The notes beneath the pieces are model-generated. The model saw only the letters and a program-made list of their open reading frames with translations. It ran no database searches and was not told where the DNA came from. From positions 640,001 through 704,000 of the forward strand of contig CBFIAK010000001.1 of NCBI GenBank assembly GCA_965660445.1: a DNA stretch of 64,000 nt. The letters run 5' to 3'. The translations under genes were made by a program, and so were the position numbers. Below are positions 57,077-64,000 of the stretch, piece after piece. This stretch comes from Patescibacteria group bacterium (GTDB lineage: Bacteria; Patescibacteriota; Gracilibacteria; UBA4473). Each line of letters opens with the position of its first letter. Position 1 is the first letter of the stretch.

Positions 57077-58933
57077 TTAACGATCTAAAATCAAACGAAC
57101 AGCTGTATCAAGTTGACGATCAATCCCTTTTTTTATTTCATCAACGGTTGGATCTGATACTTCTACGTCTGGGATAATTCCAGGAGTCTCTTCATTTTCC
57201 TGAATCCATCGCCCTTTTGGAGTTAACCATTTTGCAACCGTTACTCTTAAAATAGCTTCTGTATTATAGTTTACAATTTCTTGTACGGTCCCTTTTCCAA
57301 ATGAAGATGTTCCGACGATAGGTCCAATATTATAATCCTGAATAATACTTGCAATAATCTCTGATGCTGAAGCCGTTCCTTTGTTTTGAAGAAGCACTAT
57401 GTTTTTTTGAGATGATAAGAGTCCGTTTTCTGATGCTTTAAATTCACGTTGAGAATCTTTATAATCAATAGTAAATAATAAGTCATCTTTATGAGTAAAG
57501 AGTTCACCAATCTGAACAGCAGCGGTTAAAAGCCCCCCTGGATCATTTCGAAAATCAACCACAATACCTTTTGGGTTTTTTGGAAGAACCTCTTCTTTGA
57601 GAATTTTTTCTAGCTCCGTTTTGGTTGCATTTGTAAATTTATGAATAGCAATAACGGGCACGCTTTTATGAAATGTCAGTTCAATAGTAGGAACTGTAAT
57701 AGAGGCTCGAGTAACAACAAAATTCTTTTTCTCAACCCCTCTCATAATTTCAAGTTGAACATCTGTTCCTGCTGGTCCTTTTATTTTATTAACAATATCC
57801 ATAATAGGAAGTCCTCTTACGTCTTCTTCATCAACAGCAACAACAATATCACCAGCTAATATACCCGCTTTTTGTGCTGGTGATTTCTTAATAGGAGCGG
57901 TAATGGTAAATTGGTCTTCTATCATTTCTACGTGAGCTCCAATTCCCTCAAATCGACCATCAAGGCTTTCTCGAAACTCTTTGCTTTTCGCAGGAGCAAT
58001 ATAACTTGAAAACTTATCATCGAGTTCTTTGACCATAGCAGTAATCGCCGCCTCAATCATTTCTTCTTTTTTCTCTTGTGTCAGATCTTCTGGAAATCGG
58101 TATTTTCTCAAGATATTACTAAAAACATCTTGCAGTATACCCGTTCGAGGAATCGTTTCTGTGTCGTACGAAACATTCCCTAAGAAAATTTGAGATGTAT
58201 TTTTTGATTGTTCTTCTGTTTTATTCTCTTTAGATATGTTGTTTTGTATACGTCGTCTTTGGTAAGGAGACTGCGTTTGAAATAGCTGATCCTGACCTCG
58301 TGGATTTAAGGTTGCTCGTTTTAGTTCTCCATTATTATGATAGTTATAAAGCCATTGTGCTAATACCTCACGAGTAAGTGGGGCGTGTGGTTTAAAATTA
58401 AATGTATCAACATCGGTAATCATTTTAGAAGTATAGGCAGCTTCTAATGCAGGAAGGTATTGAGCATGAGCACTAACCCCCCCTAGTTTCCTTAAAAAGG
58501 CTTTTGATGTTCGTTGAGAAGTAGGAATTCCTTTTGTTTTTACAAGCACTTGTATAGCATCTGATCGACTGATAATAGTATCTCGTACAAAAGGCTGTGT
58601 TTCATCAATAAACCCTCTTCGTATTCCTTCTCGAATATATTGAGCAAGCGGATCATCTTCTAACACATTTGCAGGAAGTGGTGTTTCAAATGTAGCGGAC
58701 TGAATATCAAACCCTGCGTCTTTAAGAACGAGTGGCCAAAATAAATCAGCGGTTACCTCTGCATGTGGCTTAAAAAAAGTACCTTCTTCAAATAAATCCT
58801 GTTCTATAAGAAATTCAATAGCAGGAAAAAGAGGGGATTGGGTATTAATATCACGAAAAGCAGAAACACTTGCCCATGATCCAAAAAGAAGAACGCAAGC
58901 GAAAACAGGAAACAAAAACTTCTTCATACTCAT
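57077..58933 (-). CDS. S41 C-terminal processing protease with SLH-like N-terminal domains
   Basis: PDZ GIGA, DFRNDPGG, TASASE and GKGTVQ motifs; SLH-like repeats at the N-terminus. Confidence 0.92.
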   Translation of the reverse strand: MSMKKFLFPVFACVLLFGSWASVSAFRDINTQSPLFPAIEFLIEQDLFEEGTFFKPHAEVTADLFWPLVLKDAGFDIQSATFETPLPANVLEDDPLAQYIREGIRRGFIDETQPFVRDTIISRSDAIQVLVKTKGIPTSQRTSKAFLRKLGGVSAHAQYLPALEAAYTSKMITDVDTFNFKPHAPLTREVLAQWLYNYHNNGELKRATLNPRGQDQLFQTQSPYQRRRIQNNISKENKTEEQSKNTSQIFLGNVSYDTETIPRTGILQDVFSNILRKYRFPEDLTQEKKEEMIEAAITAMVKELDDKFSSYIAPAKSKEFRESLDGRFEGIGAHVEMIEDQFTITAPIKKSPAQKAGILAGDIVVAVDEEDVRGLPIMDIVNKIKGPAGTDVQLEIMRGVEKKNFVVTRASITVPTIELTFHKSVPVIAIHKFTNATKTELEKILKEEVLPKNPKGIVVDFRNDPGGLLTAAVQIGELFTHKDDLLFTIDYKDSQREFKASENGLLSSQKNIVLLQNKGTASASEIIASIIQDYNIGPIVGTSSFGKGTVQEIVNYNTEAILRVTVAKWLTPKGRWIQENEETPGIIPDVEVSDPTVDEIKKGIDRQLDTAVRLILDR

Positions 58934-59114
58934 AAAAAAAATTAAAAAATCATCCGAATAGTAAGTGTTCTCTAAGTTTTGTCAAAAGAAGCAGCGAAAG
59001 GAAAATCCTTTCAGAATACTGCCAAAAAACTCTATTAAATTCCGTTACAATAGATTTTTATGTATCCTCAAAAACAGTAAAATTTTTTATGACGATTCGT
59101 TTTTCAGAACATCC

Positions 59115-59417
59115 TTAAATATTCTGGATTTCTATATCAATAACGGCATCTTCTGGAGCATCTTCTTTTACGCAAGCAATACACGTCAGTACATCGTCAT
59201 CTTCAATTGGGTATTGCACTGGTCCATTTGCTTCTTTATCAACAAATTGAGCCCCTGAAATGATACGCCCTCGACAAGTTCCACAAGCACCAACCCCACA
59301 CGCAATACTTAAAGGTACTCCATGTTCTTGGATTTGAGTTCCAAGAGACTCATCATGTTCAGGCGTAAATTCTGCTGCCTGATTTCCGTCTGCATCTTGA
59401 ATACGAACACGAGCCAT
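59115..59417 (-). CDS. 2Fe-2S ferredoxin
   Basis: ACGVGACGTC…LTC. Confidence 0.93.
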   Translation of the reverse strand: MARVRIQDADGNQAAEFTPEHDESLGTQIQEHGVPLSIACGVGACGTCRGRIISGAQFVDKEANGPVQYPIEDDDVLTCIACVKEDAPEDAVIDIEIQNI

Positions 59418-59488
59418 ATCAAAAAAAGGTAAAGAAAAGTAGTTAGGTCTATTGTAATTTGATGTTTTAAATTACGCAAATAAAAAAG

Positions 59489-59562
59489 TGGTGACCCCAT
59501 CAGGAATCGAACCTGAATTTTTTCCTTAGGAGGGAAACGTTCTTCCATTAAACTATGAGGTC
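59489..59562 (-). tRNA. trnR: tRNA-Arg(CCT)
   Basis: Acceptor GACCTCA/TGGGGTC, anticodon arm TTTCC-CT-CCT-AA-GGAAA, GGTTCGATTCC, encoded CCA. Confidence 0.95.
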
Positions 59563-59662
59563 TTGTGAGATAAAAAAACACATCCACTATACTCAAAAAA
59601 AAGGAAAAGAAAAAATTCAATGTTTACTTTTTTAAAGAAAATTCATACATTGCATACTGTCC

Positions 59663-60436
59663 ATGAAAATTTTTTCATATTCAGATATTCTTTGTACCCT
59701 GCAGTCGTTTTATAAAGACCATAAAAACGGTGTTTTAGAAATACTCGGTCCTACTGCTAGCGGAAAGACGCAACTCTCTATTGATATAGCACAGCGGTAT
59801 AGTCCGAGCGAAATACTATCTGTTGATTCTCGGCAAATATACACTCCGTTTGATATTTCAGCTGTAAAAATAAAAGAAAAAGAAATGTGTGGAATTCCTC
59901 ATTGGGGGTTGAATCTTATTTCACCAGAAACTCCATATAGCGTAGCTGATTTTCAAAAATATGCTTTTGGTATTATAGAGGATATTTTTATAAGGAATGC
60001 TCACCCGATACTTTGTGGAGGTACAATGCTTTGGCTTGATGCTATTAGTGAAAACTATGAGTTTTCAGATAAAAAGAATGCTGAAAAATCATCACGAAGA
60101 AACCCACCCAAATGGCCATTTTTAAAAATTGGGCTTCACTGGGATCGAGCACAATTATATGAAAGATCAGACAGACGATGTATTAAACTCTTTCAAGGAG
60201 GACTCATTGAAGAAGTCGAGTCTGTTTTGAAATTGTTTCCTCATATGACTCGTAATGCACGAACAAACTTTGGATACCAAGAAATAGAAAAATATATTTT
60301 AGGACACTATTCATATGAAGAAGCACTACAAGAAAACCAAAAACGAAACAGAAACTATATCAAACGACAACTTACATGGTGGAGACACCGATCAGATATT
60401 CTTTGGTTAGATGCAAAAACAATAGACAATCAATAA
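59663..60436 (+). CDS. miaA: tRNA dimethylallyltransferase (compact)
   Basis: GPTASGKT, SVDSRQIY, CGGTMLW and RNYIKRQLTW motifs. Confidence 0.95.
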   Translation: MKIFSYSDILCTLQSFYKDHKNGVLEILGPTASGKTQLSIDIAQRYSPSEILSVDSRQIYTPFDISAVKIKEKEMCGIPHWGLNLISPETPYSVADFQKYAFGIIEDIFIRNAHPILCGGTMLWLDAISENYEFSDKKNAEKSSRRNPPKWPFLKIGLHWDRAQLYERSDRRCIKLFQGGLIEEVESVLKLFPHMTRNARTNFGYQEIEKYILGHYSYEEALQENQKRNRNYIKRQLTWWRHRSDILWLDAKTIDNQ

Positions 60437-60457
60437 AAATATAAATATACTCTTTTT

Positions 60458-61297
60458 ATGAAAACACTTTCTCTCTGGGAACTCTTCAAACGTTCATGGA
60501 CTCCCAAACTTATAACACACATACTCAGCACAGAAAAACATCAATCAATCTGGAAATTTTGGTTTTGTATAAATATTGCAATAGCCTTTCTAATGACAGC
60601 CGTAATCGGTGTTTTCGTGATAGAGGCCAGTAAGAATTTTTCATTACAGGAAATAGCACAGAGTTTAGAAATTCAAGATTTTCGGATTTATATTGATGAA
60701 TCAGGTATTGAAACACATGGTATTCCTGATCCTTTTACTACAAATCTTACACAAGGAAGTACATCTCAAACAAACGAAGATTTTGTATTTCACTTAGATA
60801 CAAATAAAACGACCGACATAAACATACTCAACAACTATGAAGGAGGGATTTTGATTGGTAAAAATGAAATTGTTATTAAAGAAAGTGAATACACAACACA
60901 CGTTATTCCAACGGAAAAATTTTTAAAGGCAACGGGGAATAAAAATATTTTAATTACACCAGAAGTTATTGAACACCATGTACGTGCATTTTTACGCATT
61001 GCAAAATGGTATATCTTATGTGCATTTTTTATATTTTTATATATCTGGTATGCTCTTATTCGATTATTATTTGCTCTCTTTTGGGCTTCTCTTTTGTGGA
61101 TTATAGGCGGAAAAATAATGCAGATACCACTTTTATCATTCTCAAAAGCGTATATGATGATTTTAAGTATCTATCATATTCCCGTTTTGATTCAGATAGT
61201 TTTGATGATCAATGGAATATTTCTTCCTGGAGTGACACTCTTCTTATTCACGCTTATCTGTGGAATGAATTTGTATGATTTACAACGAAAGAAATAA
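60458..61297 (+). CDS. DUF1189-like membrane protein
   Basis: TM helix, extracytoplasmic domain, three C-terminal TM helices. Confidence 0.6.
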   Translation: MKTLSLWELFKRSWTPKLITHILSTEKHQSIWKFWFCINIAIAFLMTAVIGVFVIEASKNFSLQEIAQSLEIQDFRIYIDESGIETHGIPDPFTTNLTQGSTSQTNEDFVFHLDTNKTTDINILNNYEGGILIGKNEIVIKESEYTTHVIPTEKFLKATGNKNILITPEVIEHHVRAFLRIAKWYILCAFFIFLYIWYALIRLLFALFWASLLWIIGGKIMQIPLLSFSKAYMMILSIYHIPVLIQIVLMINGIFLPGVTLFLFTLICGMNLYDLQRKK

Positions 61298-61303
61298 TAA
61301 TAT

Positions 61304-62200
61304 TTATCGCAAACTCTTCATCACTTCATTTCGGTTCTGACTAATCATATCAGCTACTTCATCAACTCTTGGTGCAAAAGAGAAACGTATTTCCTTTGAA
61401 TCAGAAGGTGTTCTAATTTCTAAATGTCCATACCGAAAAATCATCTTAAAAAATCCTTTATTATCAGGTACGATAACAGCAATTGATTCATAATTTACTT
61501 TATCAGAAACAGTTCCAAATAACTCTCGTTCCTGCACAATAACACGAATATCGGTAATAAAAAGAACATCATAACGAAAATCCAACCATATTTTAATAAA
61601 AAATAGAACCGCAAATAAAAGAAAAAATGCCCCAATAAGAACACCGATAATATGGAACTCGAAAAAAACCATAATTATAACTCCACTTGATACCATAAAT
61701 AAAGGAAGGAGGAGCCCCACAAGAAATACAATCACATGTTTCTGAACTATTTTGAGCAGTTTTTCATCCTTTAAGAGTGTAAAATGTCCATATTTTTTCA
61801 TGGTTTTGTAATCCATTTCTTCTATTCGTGGAAACCGAGCAAATTCAAAAACACGAAAAACACGAAAAATAAGAAGGAATGCAGGGAAAAAAGAGAAAAA
61901 ACCAAGATTATAGAGAAATAAAGGCAAGATAGATAAAAAATTGATAAGCCCCCATTTACTCATAATATAACGAGAAGGCTTCGCCGTGCTTAAGATACGA
62001 AACAAAAATTCAAATATAAAAAGCGTCACTACTATTCTTTCTATAAATAATAAAATATTAAAAAGTGGACCCTCATGATAAATAAAATATAAGGGAATAA
62101 TAGAAACTGATACGAGAATAAAACCAATAACAATAACATTGAGCAACCGTGCTAAAACGGTATCACTTTTGAATAAATAGTTTCGTATTTTACGGGCCAT
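61304..62200 (-). CDS. ion-transport S1-S4 (voltage-sensor-like) domain fused to two TM helices and a bacterial PH domain
   Basis: F..EF..R (S2), INFLSILP (S3), FRVFRVFEFAR (S4); ITDIRVI…G…IFRYGHLEIRT bPH motif; no GYG pore. Confidence 0.7.
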   Translation of the reverse strand: MARKIRNYLFKSDTVLARLLNVIVIGFILVSVSIIPLYFIYHEGPLFNILLFIERIVVTLFIFEFLFRILSTAKPSRYIMSKWGLINFLSILPLFLYNLGFFSFFPAFLLIFRVFRVFEFARFPRIEEMDYKTMKKYGHFTLLKDEKLLKIVQKHVIVFLVGLLLPLFMVSSGVIIMVFFEFHIIGVLIGAFFLLFAVLFFIKIWLDFRYDVLFITDIRVIVQERELFGTVSDKVNYESIAVIVPDNKGFFKMIFRYGHLEIRTPSDSKEIRFSFAPRVDEVADMISQNRNEVMKSLR

Positions 62201-62270
62201 AAAGGGAAGGGTCTAAAAAGACACTATGCACTATAGGCGTTTTTATCTTTTATTGTCAATAGAAGGACGC

Positions 62271-63170
62271 CTATGCTTTATCAGCCCATTGTTTCCATGT
62301 AATGAGCAAAGGAGCAACAAGAAATATTGAAGAATACGTTCCTACGATAATCCCTATAGTTAAAGCGAGTACAAAATAGAAAATTGAATCAGCTCCAAAG
62401 AAAAGAAGTGAAAGTAGTGGTAAAAGCGTAGAAAAAGATGTGTACACAGAACGTCTTAAAGTTTCTTGTATTGATTTTTCAATCGTGTCTTCAAATGTTT
62501 CCGATGCTTTTTGTTTATAGATATTTTCTCGTACTCGATCAAGGATAACAATGGTATCATTAATTGAAAACCCAAGTGTTGCTAAAAGAGCTGTTATAAA
62601 AGGTAAATCGAGTTCTACTTGTGCAACAAATCCTAATACAACAAATACACCTAAAACAATAAGGATGTCATGGAAAAGTGCGATAATAGAAACCCATCCA
62701 AACCGCCATGGATTAATCGCTTGAGGAATACGACGGAAAGCAAAAGCAACAAAAAAGATAATTCCTGCAAGCGCAAAAAATACAGCCCATAATGCTTTTG
62801 TTTTGAAATGACCTCCGATAACACTATCAACACTTCTAAAATGACGCTCATCAAATGATCCAAATTGTTCGGTGAGTTGTGACTTAATTGTTTGAATATC
62901 TTCATCAGGAAGTTCTTGTAATGTCATAAGTATTTCATTTTCACTCGTCATTTGAACTTGTGGAGACTGAGTGATTGAGGGAATAGTGCTTAAAAACTCA
63001 GAGACTTCTACTTGTGTGATGTCTTGGTTTTCAAAAGCGATAGTCCAACGAGATCCTCCCGTAAAATCGAGTCCAAAACGAAACCCAAAAACAAGAACAG
63101 AAAGCAAACTACATCCGACAAGAATAAGAGAAGCTGTATACCAACGATTTCGATTGTGTGTAATATTCAT
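62271..63170 (-). CDS. secF: protein translocase subunit SecF
   Basis: GLDFTGG, ALFHDIL, GFSINDTIVILDRVRE and GTYSSIF motifs. Confidence 0.97.
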   Translation of the reverse strand: MNITHNRNRWYTASLILVGCSLLSVLVFGFRFGLDFTGGSRWTIAFENQDITQVEVSEFLSTIPSITQSPQVQMTSENEILMTLQELPDEDIQTIKSQLTEQFGSFDERHFRSVDSVIGGHFKTKALWAVFFALAGIIFFVAFAFRRIPQAINPWRFGWVSIIALFHDILIVLGVFVVLGFVAQVELDLPFITALLATLGFSINDTIVILDRVRENIYKQKASETFEDTIEKSIQETLRRSVYTSFSTLLPLLSLLFFGADSIFYFVLALTIGIIVGTYSSIFLVAPLLITWKQWADKA

Positions 63171-63182
63171 GAGCAAAAATAT

Positions 63183-63998
63183 TTATTGATTATCTGTAGA
63201 TGATAAAGAAACAGAGAAGAGATAAGAAGCTTTAAAGAAAGGAAACAAGAGTAAGAATCGCAACAAGTTTCGAGTTACATTGATAGCGGTAAAAAGAGAA
63301 AGAAGCGTTCCAATAATAAGTGTTACGGCAAACCCTTTAATAACAGAACTTCCAAGAGAGAAAAGAATAATACACGTGAGTAATGTGGTTAGATTTGAAT
63401 CTCGAATAGCAGTCCATGCTCGTTCAAACCCTAAATCAACAGCTCGTGATAATGATTTTCCATTTTTAAGCTCTTCATTGATACGTTCAAAAATAAGAAT
63501 ATTTCCATCAACAGCTAATCCAATAGAAAGAATAATACCCGCAATTCCAGAAAGAGTTAATACAATAGGACCTCCAAAACTATCGGGCCAAAGTTTTAAA
63601 ATAACAATAAAGAGAAGGGCATAGAATGTAAGTGATATAGCTGCAATAACCCCTGCTAGTTTGTAAGAAAACATCATGAAGATCATCGTTGCTATAAACC
63701 CATAAATACCCGCTTTTAAACTGAGTGCTAGCTGTTCAGCGCCAAGTTGTGGAGTAATCGTCACTTGTCCAGCAAGTGTCACTGGAGCATCAATAGCTCC
63801 AAGATTTAAATCATTCGCTAATTGTCTTGCTGATGCTGGTGTAAAGTTTCCTGTAATTTGAGACATTCGTCCAATAATCTTTTCCCGAACGGTTGGTTGA
63901 GTAATCCAAACACCTCCAACTTTTATACCAAGCCGACAAGGTTGTCCATTACACGTTCTTGATGAAACTCTTCCTGTAATATCCGCAAATAAAGAACC
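63183..63998 (-). CDS. secD: protein translocase subunit SecD (3' part; continues beyond the window)
   Basis: AVDGNILIFERINEE and AIRDSNLTT motifs; frame open to the window edge. Confidence 0.95.
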   Translation of the reverse strand, partial: GSLFADITGRVSSRTCNGQPCRLGIKVGGVWITQPTVREKIIGRMSQITGNFTPASARQLANDLNLGAIDAPVTLAGQVTITPQLGAEQLALSLKAGIYGFIATMIFMMFSYKLAGVIAAISLTFYALLFIVILKLWPDSFGGPIVLTLSGIAGIILSIGLAVDGNILIFERINEELKNGKSLSRAVDLGFERAWTAIRDSNLTTLLTCIILFSLGSSVIKGFAVTLIIGTLLSLFTAINVTRNLLRFLLLFPFFKASYLFSVSLSSTDNQ

Positions 63999-64000
63999 TC

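Noticed and set aside
1-64000. UGA-to-Gly recoding (genetic code 25) as in some Gracilibacteria; two genes end in TGA followed directly by TAA or TAG
   Set aside because: All core genes are full-length under code 11 with no internal TGA, and TGA serves as a real stop (priA abutting dnaX, ATGA overlaps).

Overview
This window is an AT-rich, standard-code (table 11) chromosome segment from a reduced bacterium. The gene set and the T-rich leaders without Shine-Dalgarno sites suggest Patescibacteria/CPR, probably Peregrinibacteria/Gracilibacteria-like; that assignment is an inference. Positions ~30.4-64 kb are housekeeping backbone: gyrA, trpS, rsmA, HU, pheS, rpoD, hrcA, priA, dnaX, mutL, miaA, secG/secF/secD and tRNA-Arg. 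Positions ~5.8-28.9 kb are accessory and hold three blocks. (1) Tandem, integrase-less mini-islands sit in the 3' end of tRNA-Trp, each carrying a Fic-HTH gene under an 11-14-11 bp palindromic operator. (2) A coupled defence operon encodes an XRE regulator, a type IIG R-M fusion, a companion methyltransferase, a TM0106 nuclease, an HhH glycosylase-like protein and a truncated Mrr. (3) An element with two paralogous large serine recombinases carries TerS/TerL terminase genes and two DNA methyltransferases but no capsid, portal or tail genes, plus a TIR-SLATT cassette and a frameshifted LexA-like repressor. A third exact copy of the Fic operator and a structured ncRNA candidate lie at the far end of that element. 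Other oddities are a catalytically dead PyrF and a pore-less voltage-sensor domain fused to a bacterial PH domain. All family calls come from reading motifs by eye; no searches were run.
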